A stretch of 64,000 nt of DNA from the human T2T-CHM13v2.0 reference genome, Homo sapiens, in NCBI RefSeq assembly GCF_009914755.1, contig NC_060928.1. The stretch is one strand, 5' to 3'. Under the pieces are notes generated by a model. The model was not told the origin of the DNA. It did no database searches and worked only from the letters and a program-made list of their open reading frames with translations. Below are positions 16,262 through 33,374 of the stretch, in pieces. Position 1 is the stretch's first letter; each line of letters starts with the position of its first letter. The position numbers and the translations under genes were made by a program.

Positions 16262-17289
16262 ATGAGGAAAAACCAGCACAAAAAGGTTGAAAAAATCCAA
16301 AAATCAGAATACCTCTTCTCCTCCAAAAGATCCCAACTCCTCACCAGCAAGGGAACAAAACTGGACAGAGAATGAGTTTGGTGAATTGACAGAAGTGGAC
16401 TTCAAAAGGTGGGTAATAACAAACTCCTCTACGCTAAAGGAGCATGTTCTAACACAATGCAAGGAAGCTAAGAATCTTGAAAAAAGGGTTGAGGAATTGA
16501 TAACTAGAATAACCAGTTTAGATAAGAACATAAATGACGTGATGGAGCTGAAAAACATAGCATGAGAACTTTGTGAGGCATATACAAGTATCAACAGCTG
16601 AATCGATCAATCAGAAGAAAGGATATCAGAGACTGAAGATCAACTTAATGAAATAAAGCGTGAAGACAAGATTAGAGAAGAAAGAATGAAAAGGAATGAA
16701 CAAAGCCTCCAAGAAATATGAGACTATGTGAAAAGACCAAACCTACGTTTGATTGGTGTACCTGAAAGTGACAGGGAGAATGGAACCAATTTGGAAAACA
16801 TTCTTCAGGATATTATCAAGGAGAACTTCCCCAGCCTAGCAAGACAGGCCAACATTCAAATTCAGGAAATACAGAGAACACTACAAAGATACTTCTTGAG
16901 AAGAACAACCCCAAGACACATAATCATCAGATTCACCAAGGTTGAAATGAAGGAAAAAATGTTAAGTGCGGCCAGAGAGAAAGGTCAGGTTACCCACAAA
17001 GGGATGCCCATCAGACTACCAGGGGATCTCTCTGCAGAAACCCTACAAGCCAGAAGACAGCAGGGGCCAATATTCAACATTCTTAAAGAGGAGAATTTTC
17101 AACCCAGAATTTCATATCCAGCCAAACTAAGCTTCATAAGTGAAGGAGAAATAAAATCCTTTACAGACAAGCAAATGCTGAGAGATTTTTGTCACCACCA
17201 GGCCTGCCTTACAAGAGCTCCTGAAGGAAGCACTAAATATGGAAAAGAAAAACAGGTACCAGACACTGCAAAAACATACCAAATTGTAA
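16262..17289 (+). pseudogene. L1 ORF1p remnant (stops and frameshifts)
   Basis: ATGAGGAAAAACCAG start; fragments 16287..16565 and 16728..17345 (KRPNLRLIGVPE...PRISYPAKLSF). Confidence 0.9.
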
Positions 17290-17352
17290 AGACCATCGAC
17301 ACTATGAAGAAACTGCATCAACTAACAGGCAAAATAACCAGCTAACATCATA

Positions 17353-21200
<3,848 letters not shown>

Positions 21201-22220
21201 GAGAACACGTGGACACAAGGAAGGGAACATCACACGGTGGGGCCTGTGGGGGATGGGGAGCTAGGGGAGGGATAACATTAGGAGAATTACCTAATGTAGA
21301 TGATGGGTTGATGGGTGCAGCAAGCCACCATGGCACTTGTATGCCTACGTAACAAACCTGCACGTTCTGCACATATATCCCAGAACTTAAAGTATAATTA
21401 AAAAAAGAGAAAGTTCAAACGAAAAAATATTTAAAAAAATAAAATCACTTTGGTCTTATAAATAATTGACTCTGAGAATACTTTCCACAACCTAGCCAGA
21501 GTGCAAGCAAAGGAGCGTCTGTATCATTCAAGTCATTCACATACATTTATCTTACGAGAGACGTACCTAATTGCGTTACATATATAGAAGGAACAGAAAA
21601 CTATATAGAAAATCAATTCTTCTTTTTCCAATTTATGGAATGTCTTGGAAGGTGGGAATTTCACTTTTCTTACAAATGAGCATTCAAAACCCCCAAACTA
21701 GCAATTTGTGTAGACCTATTTTCAAAAAATCAGTCAAGACTTAATGCCTCTGAGCTTCACTTGAGGTGAACTGGATGTTGACCTGCCAGCCAGAGGTCCC
21801 TAAGTGTTTCAGGTTGTCCTGTCTCCATGAGACCAATGAATCTGATCCTGATGTCAACAGTGACGGGGCTGTGTCTCAGGCTGGGCCACACTGAGGAGCT
21901 GTCCTCACTTTCCAATCACCTAGCCCTGTCCATTGCAGTGGATCAGACACACCACATTTGAGAGTAGGAGGTAGACATTTGTGATGGTTTTGTAAGCAAA
22001 TGTGCCTTTTCTTCCTTCTTTTTAGAATACATTTGGCACTTCCAGAATAGTTACTATTCGAGGAGCTCCCTACTTTTATTGAGGAACTGGTACAGGCAGC
22101 TGAAATACTACAAGTAGCATTTTAGATTTTATATTTGGTTATGATTACATTCATGGAAGAACACACTTTTGTATGTTCTTCAATTTCAGAACATGTAAGA
22201 AAGTTTACTCAGATACTGTT

Positions 22221-23562
22221 CAGTTCGACATGATTATTGACAGAAATGCTAGGATAAAAAATATTCACATTAATGATGCCAGGCACAGCATCTGTTTTTC
22301 AGGTCACAGCACTTGGTGAAGTAGCATAAACTGCAATTAATTTAAAAGGTTGAATTTCTGATTCCCTGCATAAGCTGACATGCAAATCTTATAGTTTACC
22401 TGAGAGCAAGAATGAATGAATTGAGATTGCATCATTTCTCAAGAAGATTGGGTGAAGAATAGGCAAGATTCTTTGTACTGAGCCATAAAGTATTAAGAAA
22501 GTAGTAATTGCAAAGATTTCTCTTATCCATTCTTTTAAAGCACAGGGAATACATGAAAACAATTTCCTGTACTTTGTCTTTTGATTTCATGCTTGCTATA
22601 GACATGTGTTACATTTTAATGGGGGTGTGGTTAGAAGAGAAAACTGTACTCAATCTATATAGTCAACAAAAGTGTGGTGCGTAAGTTTCTCGCAGAGGTG
22701 GAAACAATTACATTATTGACAACATAAATTTGATTTGGGATACTTGACACAATTCTATTATCTATTTCCATGTTGTTTATAATGCTGAGAACCCTTTGCT
22801 TCTCAGAAAGGTCCCCTCTAATTCTTTCTCCTGCTGGTTTGTTTTGTTGGTTTAAGTAAGCACCTTTTACAAGGGGATGCTTGGGATTGGGTCATGTATA
22901 ATGTTTGTGGCAGAAGAAAAGACATTAACAATACACAACAACAACAACAACAAACTAATGGGGTTGGAAGTTTATAAATAGAAATACTAGTTGAACTAAA
23001 AATGGAAAATCCAAATAATGAACCTTAATTTTAAAAGTGACAATCTTAGAGTGTGTGTTTCTCAGAGTTCTGAAGACTCCTGTTTTCAATTTACTTTCCT
23101 GAAATGATTAATTCATAAAATAGCAAAGGAATAAAATAAAATATAGGCTCAAGGTTTAAAACACTCTCCTAAAGGTGGGGCAAATTTTCTTCTGGAGTGT
23201 TGAGTTTTCACTTGGACCCAGCAATATGTAGGAAAATGCCCCAGACTTTGGAAATATTCTTTTATCATGAATTAATATCTTAATTGTTTCTAAAATCCTC
23301 TTAACTGGCCTGTCACTTCTACTAATAAAAAATACCACAAAAATGATATAGTCTAGATGAATTATGCCAAAGTATGATTCTAAAAGAGTTTACATCTCAG
23401 AACAGTTTGACATGATTATTGACAGAAAGGCTAAGACCAAAATATTCACATTAATGGTGCCAGGCACAGCATCAGTTTTTCAGGTCACGGCACTTGGTGA
23501 AGTAACATAAACTGCAATTAATTTAAAAGGTTGAATTTCTAATTCCCTGCATAAGTTGACAT
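22221..23562 (+). repeat. Dispersed direct duplication of ~160 bp (copies 22221-22381 and 23403-23562)
   Basis: Manual alignment gives about 11 substitutions and 1 indel over 161 bp. Confidence 0.93.
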
Positions 23563-24271
23563 AGCTTTATCATCTCATGCTGGTAGAAAGTAACTTTTAC
23601 CATTTATTTCTATCAGAAGACAGAACTAGGAAGGAAATAGAATAAATGAATTAAAAAAAAGAAAAACAGAAAGAAAGGAAGAAAGAAAAGCCAGAATCCC
23701 CAACTGGGAATTTAAAAAATAATTTCTTAGAATTCAAAGCAAATAGTTCAGTCAGCTAATAGAGAACAGTAAAAAATAGGTACTACTGCTTCTGCAAGGC
23801 ATTTAGTGTCTTCATCTTTTCGGAATGCTGATTGGGGCACTCAAATAAACCTGAATTTTTCCAATTATACAGGGCACAGAAAAACTTTACCTTTACTCAG
23901 GAACACATAAGTCACAGAAGGAGGAAACACATAAAGCTGTCACATGTATTTTTATATCCAAAATTAAGTAATGCAGATCAAAATATCCAGTTAGCAAGGT
24001 TTGCTTTTTATGCTAAAATTGAGCACTGATAAGAGGTTGGGTGAGATGGTTACTTTTATACATGGTTGTCTGGAAGATGTTGCCAAATAATTTGACAATA
24101 GGTGTAAAAGAGCTTAAAAATGTTCATACACTGTTGCCAAGTAGTTCTATTTTTAGAAAGTAGTCAGAGATGTGTTCAAGGATATATGAACGAAGATGTT
24201 CATTATGGTTATTTACATCAGGGAAAAAAATAGAAATAAAAGCCCTACCTGTCAGATAAGAGGAGGAAGCC

Positions 24272-24569
24272 GGCCTGGCGTGGTGGCTCATACCTGTGGT
24301 CCCAGCACTCTGGGAGGCCGAGGTGGGCAGATTACCTAATGTTAGGAGTTCAAGACCAGCCTGGTCAACATAGCGAAACCCCACCTCTACTGAAATTACA
24401 AAAATTAGCCGGGCGTGGTGGCATGCACCTGTCATCCTAGCTACTTGGGAGGCTGAGGCAGGAGAATTGCTTGAACCTCGGAGGCAGAGTCGAGTGAACC
24501 GAGATTGTGCCACCTCACTCCAGCCTGGGCAACAGAGTGAGACTGTCTCAAAAAAAAAAAAAAAAAAAA
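24272..24569 (+). mobile_element. AluS (AluSx-like) inside an old L1M fragment (~24010-24630)
   Basis: Full dimer with an A20 tail; TSD AAGAGGAGGAAGCC / AAGAGGAGAATGCC. Confidence 0.95.
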
Positions 24570-24884
24570 GAGGAGAATGCCTAAATAAATTGTCATATGT
24601 CTGTGTAATAGACTATTCAGCAACCATTAAACAAGTGAGACTCAACTCAGAGCCCTAGGGTTCATGAGTAAAACTTGAATTTGGCTCAGAATGTGCCAGC
24701 TCTCATCATCTCAAATATCCTAGAAGAGGGAACAAAGGTTGAGCCTGTGAGTGAGACCTCAAAGAATTGAAACCTGAAGCCCAACTCCAACACAGCTGCC
24801 TGTATGGGGGGTCTAAGCTATCAAGGGCATGACAGCAGCAGCGACTTGTCAGAGTCCATTGGGCTGTGAGAAGAGGGGACAGTG

Positions 24885-25036
24885 TTCAACATGTGAAGAT
24901 GCAGTAAGAAGACCCTCACTAGATGCCAGAACCTTGATCTTGAACTTCCCAGCCTCGAGAACTGAGAAATTTCTGTTCTTTATAAATTACTTAGCCTCAG
25001 GCACTCATATAGCAGCACAAAAACAGACTAAAACAC
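24885..25036 (+). mobile_element. MST/MLT1A-type LTR 3' fragment
   Basis: ACCTTGATCTTGAACTTCCCAGCCTC...AAATTTCTGTTCTTTATAAATTAC...ACAGACTAAAACA. Confidence 0.75.
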
Positions 25037-28000
25037 ACATACTACACATATTTTGAAGAAATTTATAGAGGTAAAAGTTTATGTTGTCAACTTAAACGTA
25101 TACTGTTTATGTTGTCTTATACAGTCTGGTTTTTAAATGTTAGTACCTGTATTCTATTGTATTTACTAATCATAACTTACTTTATAAATCTCTCATATAA
25201 TTAGATTTAGTTTTTCCTAGGATTTTTGTAATTATAAGTAACACTGAAAATGAAAGCACTTAAAAGTGCTGACAGGTCTCAGGCTAGAGAGTGAAGATGA
25301 AGGCTTTTAATTACCAAGCCATTGGAAGGGTGCCTACTGGTGCAGGCATGGAAATGCATCTTATATTGATGTGATATATTCACTAATAAACCCAAAAGGC
25401 AGAAACCTTTTGTTATGTTTACATTTGAAAATTCACCGGAGGTTACGACAGCGGTTACAATGGTTACAAATGATAAATTCCACTGGTTTTCCACAACGAG
25501 AACAAAACCTTTACATAGAATGTGTGCAGGCATGCCTTGTTCTATGCCCAGCAGAGTGACTATTCCACATGGGCTGATTTGGTGTCTCACCACTCTTTCT
25601 GCATTCAGCCTGAGGCCAGGCATGCTCCTGGAGAAGTCATACGAGCTAGGGAATGACCATGGGCCTCTTCATTACCTATCTCAGCCCTGCCTCTTGGAGC
25701 CTCACTGCTCCGACCTGTAAAAGACAAGTAACAGTAGTTTCCATCATCATTGTTATCTCACATGAATAAACAATATGATAGCATGCCATATATATGCACA
25801 TCCGCTTAGTGAATTTCATAGGTAATCTTTACCAGTGAAGGTAGGTGAGCTGGGAGGAGGAAGGACAGGAGGTAGTGGCATCGTCCCCCTCAGGGAGTCC
25901 CTGCCTCAGCCTGAGCTGTAAGGTAGCTGTGTCCTCGGGGTGTCCCTTCTCCTGCTCCTCAGAGGGTGAGTGCTCCACCCAGAGGAAAGAGACATGCACA
26001 GCATCCTTTAATGTAGTCCCTGAATGCAAGCTGCACCATCTTCATTTGGTGCTCAAAGAAATAGATCTGTTCCAGGCTGGAGATTTTCAAGTGCAGTATT
26101 GATAATACGGGTGTTGTTTTGCTTTATATGCAGACTTCGAAACCAAAATCCCTTGTCACTCTTCTCAGAAGCAATTCCTTTGTTACCCTCATTGTATGGA
26201 GGAGAAAGCTGGCACCCCAGAGACTGGCAATCACCTGAGGCAGCAGGGTCATATCCACTGACTTCCAGGTCAACATCACTTCAAAATGGTGGCATGCACG
26301 AAGACCCTTCATTTTTACCTGTGGGTGTCCCAGAAAGTCGTGAAACAGACAATTTCACTGATGTCAAAGGGTCTTCTTCCCCTGGAAGGCCCTAATGAGC
26401 AAAGGTGCCCATGAAAACAAAAATTTAATATGGGAGAAACAAAATGTCTGGTAAATCCATGTATGATAAAGGATCATTTGTTCTGAATAGGTTTTTACTT
26501 CCATCAACCTTCATCTCACTTGGGGATTTCTTAAGTGTTTCTGGGGGAGGAGAGTGAGAGCTGTCTTGTGGCTTGGCTGAGGGATGACTCTCTGGGTGCC
26601 TGCCTGGCCACCAGGACAGTTGGGCCCCAAGAGGACTTAGTTTTCCTTGAGTTTGAGGATTTGAATTATTTTTCATCTATTTCATTGCAAAAGGGTTAAT
26701 GTCCTTGTGGTTCCTGGCTCATGGCAAAAATTCCTCCATGACTGACAGTTTTATAGATGTTGGTGAATTTGGTCTGGGATAACATCTTACTAGTTTACCA
26801 GGTAAACGCTGGCTTTCCTTGTCTAAATGGAAAATTTAGTGCGAAACCGATTTAGTTGCAGGTGAAAATTGACTGTGTGTATCACAGAGGTGGTTTCTCA
26901 CCACCGAAAACACCATGTCCTGCTTGGGAAAGAAAGCACCGAAAACCAAAACCACCTTTGCTTTTCATAAGCAATTTTCTGCCAAAAGGAAAAGCAGTTT
27001 TATTTTTTGTGAACCCACAAAAATGTGATATTCACCAGTGAGGAAATCACATTTGTATAACTGTATTAAAGATGTTTTGCTTATGCAGGCAAATGGAGAG
27101 AATTTTACCTGGAACTACTTTGGGGGCAGGAGCAAGAGATAATGCTTTTATATGTTTTAAAAAATAGTCTTCTTGGTCTTGGAAATAGAAATTGCTCTAA
27201 AAAGTAGACTTGGAAGCACTTTCTAGTCTCTCTGCAGCTGTTAGTCCATCACTGGCTCAGGTTTAAGTAGAACTTCCACAAACCACACTATGAACTTTTT
27301 TTTGGTGAAACATTTTTGACGGATTTAAGCTGTGGCTTAAATCAGTGGCATGAAAGTATGCACATGACAAGATCACATTTCCAAAGAACACAAGATCATT
27401 GGATACTTCCTGGGGGAGGTAGGCATGCTCTCCAAGTCGAGTTGCCTGCAGGAAGCAGACCACACTGGCTTCCCAAACTTGTCCTCTTGCTAATTGGTTC
27501 TACTGGGCACTCCAGGGCGGTAAACACTGATCTCCAGGGTCCAGATGAGAATGCATGATTTCTGAGGTCCCACCCTTCTGGAACTGATAACCACCCATGG
27601 CTCTGCAATGCTGGCCTGTATGCCACAGGGTGTGGCAAATCCAGAACCACAGGCCAGAGGGTCTGTGAGGGAGGGAGTTGCCTACTCTTGCTTTGCTTTA
27701 GGAAGGGGCAGGCCTGCCCCCAGCATGTCTCCTCCTTATGCAAGCACAGTCCAATGTCAGGTCTCGGCTCAGTGTTTTCAAAGCAGTCAGAGGCTGTGGC
27801 CTTTGTGCCAACAGGGGCCTTCTCAGATTCTGCCTCCTGGAATGGTTCTTAACCTGTCCCTGCTTTTAAATAATTCACATCTCATTCTGTCTATTCTCAG
27901 TCCAGAGCTCGTTTACCTAGAGAGCTCTGGACTGAGAATAGATTGAGATGCCTCTCAAAAACTGGTGCATGCTCTTGTTATATTCCTGCTACCCCCTCTG

Positions 28001-29486
28001 TTTAAAGGCGCCCTGGAGAGTGAAGAGTAGAAGAATGCTAATCACAACCAGGCTTATCACTCAGTTTAAATTGAGTGAATAAAGAAAGGAGAGTTTATGA
28101 TATACTAACATTTGGATATTAATGATGGTGGGTATCAGCTATAGTTTTCATAAGGAACAAAAAATGCCCTTAAATATCAATATAACAGGTTAATGAGCAT
28201 TTGATATTAGCATAAATTGCTGAAGAGAGGCTGTGACAGCTCCAACTGAAGGTAGCTTCATAAATTTAGAGCACTGACTGCCTAATAGAGCTCGTTTGAA
28301 ATGCTACAGTTCTTCTTTAAGGAAGATGATGTGGACAACATATTGTCATCCCTGCCAGCCTTGGTGTTAAAAAGAGAAAAGCCTAAGAGGCAGAAAGATG
28401 CTGGAATGTAGTTAGCTTCACCCCCTCCCTCAGTACAGAGCCTGCTGGAGTACTTGAGTTGACCCAGGAGGACTTCCATTGACCACACAAGTGAGCCTGT
28501 TCCATTGCCAGACAGACCCAACTGCCCGAACACTGCTTTTTATATTAAATTAAAATCCACTTTGTGCTAACTTTCACCAAGTCCAATCTCTGGAGTCCCA
28601 CAGCTCCCATCTCATTCTCCTCCTTCATGTGAGCTGCAACAGTCCCCACTTTGTAGTGATGGGTGTTCCGGCTCAGCCATCGACATCCCATGGCAGGTGA
28701 CGTAAACCATGCAAGCTAGTCAATTTTGAAAACGTAAATTAAGCCTAAAAGTGACTGAATACCAGCAACTTGGGTCTCTACTGCCTGTGTCGGCTACAAG
28801 GATATTTATTATAACCCAAATGGCTCCAGATTTTACCAGTCTACATCAATGAATATTGTCACCTCCACATGAATACTAGAATCAGGCTGCTCCAGTCCTC
28901 ACCTGCTTGTACCTGAGTTTCAATCCCATGAACTGTCCTGTACCCCATTCCATTGCCCAGGTGAGTTAATCTGGAATGCCTATCTGCCTCCGTGAATCAG
29001 TTTGGGATTTTCTGTTGCTATGGCCTCAGCGACTTCCCTCAGGCCTCCCTGCACCCATCTCCCTGCTGCTCTGGTCCAAGTTGCTCTGTGTGCTCCCACC
29101 TCCACCCCAGCCATTTCTGCTGTTTGTCCTCAACGTGCTGTGCTAGCTTAACTGTTCCTTGCATGATGAGATGTGAAACTCACTCATTAGTGAGGAAGCC
29201 TGCGTCATTTTTGGGGTAGTTAACATTAGAAAAACTTTTCTTATGTTTATCTGAAATGCATATTCTTATATTTTCTACAAACATTTGTTCCCTTGTCTTT
29301 TGGAGCAGTTTAGACCAAGTTTCTTTGTTTGTAGGGTATGGCGTAGCCTGTGTGTGTAATTTCTCTCTCTCTTGCTCTCACTCTTATCTCTTTCTTTCTT
29401 AAGATTCCTAGATGGCAGAATGTGTATCTTGATGACTGGCCTATAATTTTTGTGTAGGAGAATGCCACATTTAAACAGAAGCTTCA

Positions 29487-29782
29487 GCTAGGCATAGTGG
29501 CTCATGTCTATAATCTCAGCACACTGGGAGGCCGAGGTGGCAGGTCAATTGAGACCAGAAGTTTGAGACCAGCCTGGGCAACATAGTACCTAGTCTTCAC
29601 ACATACACAAAAAATTAGCTGGGCATGATGACATGCACCTGTAGTTCCAGCTACTCGAGAGGCTGAGGTGATTGCTTGATCCTGCAAGGTGGAGGCTGTA
29701 GTGAGCAGAAATCACACTACTCCACTCCAGCCTGGGTGACAGAGTGAGATCCTGTCTCAAATAATAATAATAATAATAATAA
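29487..29782 (+). mobile_element. AluJ with (TAA)7 tail
   Basis: Dimeric Alu with AluJ-type GGAGGCTGTAGTGAGC and AGCCTGGGCAACATAG. Confidence 0.9.
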
Positions 29783-29785
29783 GAG

Positions 29786-29854
29786 GAAGAAGAAGAAGAA
29801 GAAGAAGAAGAAGAAGAAGAAGAAGAAGAAGAAGAAGAAGAAGAAGAAGAAGAA
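29786..29854 (+). repeat. Pure (GAA)23 triplet repeat in the Alu tail
   Basis: 69 bp of uninterrupted GAA. Confidence 0.97.
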
Positions 29855-30736
29855 AAGTAAAAAACAGAAAAAAAAACCCAGAAACTTTTTATATGCTCTA
29901 GATGATTATAAAAATTGTATAGCCAGGGTGGACTGCAGGTGACTGCCTTCCTAGTGTGATATAGACAGTCCCACAAATTTCTTCCCCTCTGTAAAATACC
30001 TCCTTTATTAGTGTGCCTGTCTATCTGCAATTCCAAGGGTTCCATCACTATATCCATGTCCTGGGGCCTTTCAGATGAACATCTGTTTCCGTGGCACAAA
30101 CACACTGACACAAATCAAAACATTGCTCTAACTGGATTCTAGGAGGAGCTACCTCTACTACTTATACCTAAGTGATGAGAAGAGGGATCTGAACAGTTTC
30201 AGTGAAAGGATCCTGGTCAAAGAACAGATCCTCTTAAGGTGCCTTAGGGGGTGTCTGTTGCAAATTAGGGTGGTGGGTTCCAAAGAAACTGCCAGGCACG
30301 TTTAGACTTGCAGCCTTGCATTAGCCCGTTTTTAGCTTCTGTGAACTTGATGCTTTAACCTGCTCTACGTGCATACGCTAGGCACACCCTGTTCTGGACA
30401 ACCTCATAATACCCTTGAGTCGCCCTGCGTTTCTGCCTCCCTTGTCACCTCCCCACACCCTTTGGTAGGAGTCCTCCTCCTCCTGTCTCTGAGATCTTTT
30501 CTTAAGGATTACCTTAGCATGCCTGCTGGACTCTCTTTGGAGGAGGACACGGTGTCTCTACCAAACCTTCCCATTGCCCCTATTGCACTTCCTCTTTTTT
30601 GTCCTTCCTAAGGCCCCTCCCTGGCCCTTCTCAATCTCAGACCCCATGTAGTCAGTCTCATTTATTCTCCTAGTAATTGTCCTCATCACTAGCCTTTCCT
30701 CCTCACAGAGTGGTCTTCATCAAAATGTAGACTGTA

Positions 30737-31089
<353 letters not shown>

Positions 31090-31097
31090 TGACCAAT

Positions 31098-31450
31098 GGT
31101 CTTAGGCCACTCCAGCTGCTGTAATAAAAATAGCATAGACTGGGTAGCTTAACATTTATTTCTCACAGTCCTGGAAGCTGGGAATCTAAGATGAAGTTAC
31201 CAGCAAATTTGGTATGTGGTGAAGGCCTGCTTTATGATTCACAGATGACTGTTTTCTCACTGTGTCTTCATGAGTCAGAAGGAGTGAGAAATCTCTCTGG
31301 AGTCTCTTTTGTAAAGGACACTAACCCCATTCATGAGGTCTCTACCCTCATGACTTAATCACCTCCTAAAGGTCCCACCTCCTAAGACCATCACACTGGG
31401 GGTCTAGATTTCAACATATAAATTTGGGGGGAACAAAAGCATTTAGAGCA
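31098..31450 (-). mobile_element. MLT1A-type LTR nested in a MER54/MER74-like ERVL LTR
   Basis: GTCTTAGGCCACTCCAGCTGCTGTAA...AGACTGGGTAGCTTAA...ATTTATTTCTCACAG...TTCAACATATAAATTTGGGG. Confidence 0.8.
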
Positions 31451-31875
31451 CCAGAGGACCAACAGATCAAGAGATGACAGCCATTGGAAGGCAGTCTGCT
31501 ATACTCCCAGATCCCGGGAAAGGGAGGGCACATCATGCCACAGGCCACACAGGGAGGCACTGGGAGGAGTCTGGAGGCAGAGAAGGGATGCTGTGGGTGA
31601 GATTCTCTACTGTGGCTCCTGCAGGAAGGAACAGGCATGCAGGAGAAGCAGGTGTAGGACTGGCTGGTTTGAATGATTTCAGTGACTCTGGGGCACAGGG
31701 GCTATCTCTAGTTGTCTAGTTCTTGACCCAGAGGTGTTTTGGGCAGGTGGACAGGGGCCCAGAGTGTGAGAGCCTGGTAGAGAAGGTGCTTAGGGGTGTG
31801 AGCTGTGGATTGGTTGGTTTTGTGCATTTGAAAAAAACTGTGCATTTGAAAAATGTGCCCTAGGAGGAGGAACAC
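31451..31875. mobile_element. MER54/MER74-like ERVL LTR fragment
   Basis: GAGGACCAACAGATCAAGAG...GGACTGGCTGGTTTGAATGATTTCAG...GGGGCTATCTCTAGTTGTCT motifs. Confidence 0.6.
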
Positions 31876-33065
31876 GGTCTTCTTTACATTTTGATGAAGA
31901 CCACTCTGTGAGGAGGAAAGGCTAGTGATGAGGACAATTACTAGGAGAATAAATGAGACTGACTACATGGGGGCTGGGATTGAGAAGGGCCAAGGAGGAG
32001 CCTTAGGAGGGACAAAAAAGAGGAAGTGCAATAGAGGCAATGGTAAGGTTTGGTAGAGACACCATGTCCTCCTCCAAAGAGAGTCCCATAGGCACGCTAA
32101 GGTATATGTAAGAAAAGATCTCAGAGACAGGCAAGAATAAAAGCTGCCTATGCAAAAGATATACATCGAGGAAAATTAGAGAGAAAGAGCCCATCAGGAA
32201 GAAATCCATTCCCTCAGTGCAAGGATTCCAGTGCTGTAGGGGAAATTACTCTAGCAAACATGCCTGCCCTGCATTTCCAGGAAGTTCCCCAAGGTGAAGG
32301 CTCAGGCTTGTTTCTGTTTTCTTTTCTAAGGTTTTGGAACGGCTCTGTCTAGACAGATCACACAGAGCACCTGCTGTCGTACGTTCTATGTGAGGTGACT
32401 CTGGCAGGAAAGGCCCTGGTCTCCCATGTCCCTGTGTCCCTGGACCCCAGCCCAGGGGTGGCGGTGGGGCTATCTGTTCTGAATGGGCATGTCTGGGGTT
32501 TGCCAGGTCTCAACCCTAATGGGCCATGTTGTGTCTCTTACTTACTCTTAGCATGGGGCTTTCTAGATCCTGTCTCCTTCATTGGTGAGCAAAGCCTCCA
32601 TGTTGGCTGACAAATCTCAGGGGGCTCATTAAGAGCTTTTGGGGTACTCTTCAATGAGCATTCCCCATCCCCACTCTGTTCAGCTCCACTCCATCTATTT
32701 TGCCTTCTGTTTATAGCAGGGGCCCCAGTTTAAACCTAAGCTTTGAGCAGCAGGATCTGACATGGATGGTGGGTTAATTAATTTGCATGAGTCCATTCAG
32801 CTAAAGAATTTACTCTTTGACTCAATTTCTCCTCCAGCTGTGCTCCTGCTCCATCTCAGAAAATGATATCAACCTTCACTCAGGTCATCAGATCATCCCT
32901 GCCTTCTTTCTTTCTCACATCCAATTCATCAGGAAGTCTAGTCAGCTCGGCATTCAAAGGATCCCTCAATTCACCCATGAATCACCTCCTTCACTGTTGT
33001 TACCCTTGGCCAAACAGCCACCCTGTCTTGTCTAGAACACTGTCTGTCTCTCTGCTTCCACTCTC

Positions 33066-33172
33066 TTTTTAGTAACAGGGTCTCACTCTGCTACCCAGGC
33101 TGGAGTGCACTGGCAAACTAACTACAACCTTGACCTCCCAGGCTCAAGTGATTCTCCCACCTCAGCCTTCCA
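33066..33172 (-). mobile_element. Alu right-arm fragment (AluJ/FRAM-like) within an L2 remnant
   Basis: ACAGGGTCTCACTCTGCTACCCAGGCTGGAGTGCA...GGCTCAAGTGATTCTCCCACCTCAGCC. Confidence 0.8.
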
Positions 33173-33374
33173 ACTATTTCTACTCTGCAGGTCATTATTT
33201 TAATTAACACAGAAGCCAGAGTGACCTTGTACAATTTGAAATCAGATTATGTAAAACTGCAACTCGAAACCCTCTGTCTTACCAACATACTTGAGATAAA
33301 ATTCAAACCCTTCAAACTGCCTGGCCTCTGTCCATCTCTCCACTTGCCTTCCTACCACTATCTTCACACCCCTC

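Noticed and set aside
25279-29219. ORFs of 60-125 aa in TE-poor DNA as host exons
   Set aside because: No recognisable domains, many non-ATG starts and no consistent exon structure; compatible with chance.
29590-30111. 173-aa ORF with poly-Ser and poly-Tyr
   Set aside because: It is the translation of (TTC)n, (TTA)n and antisense Alu.
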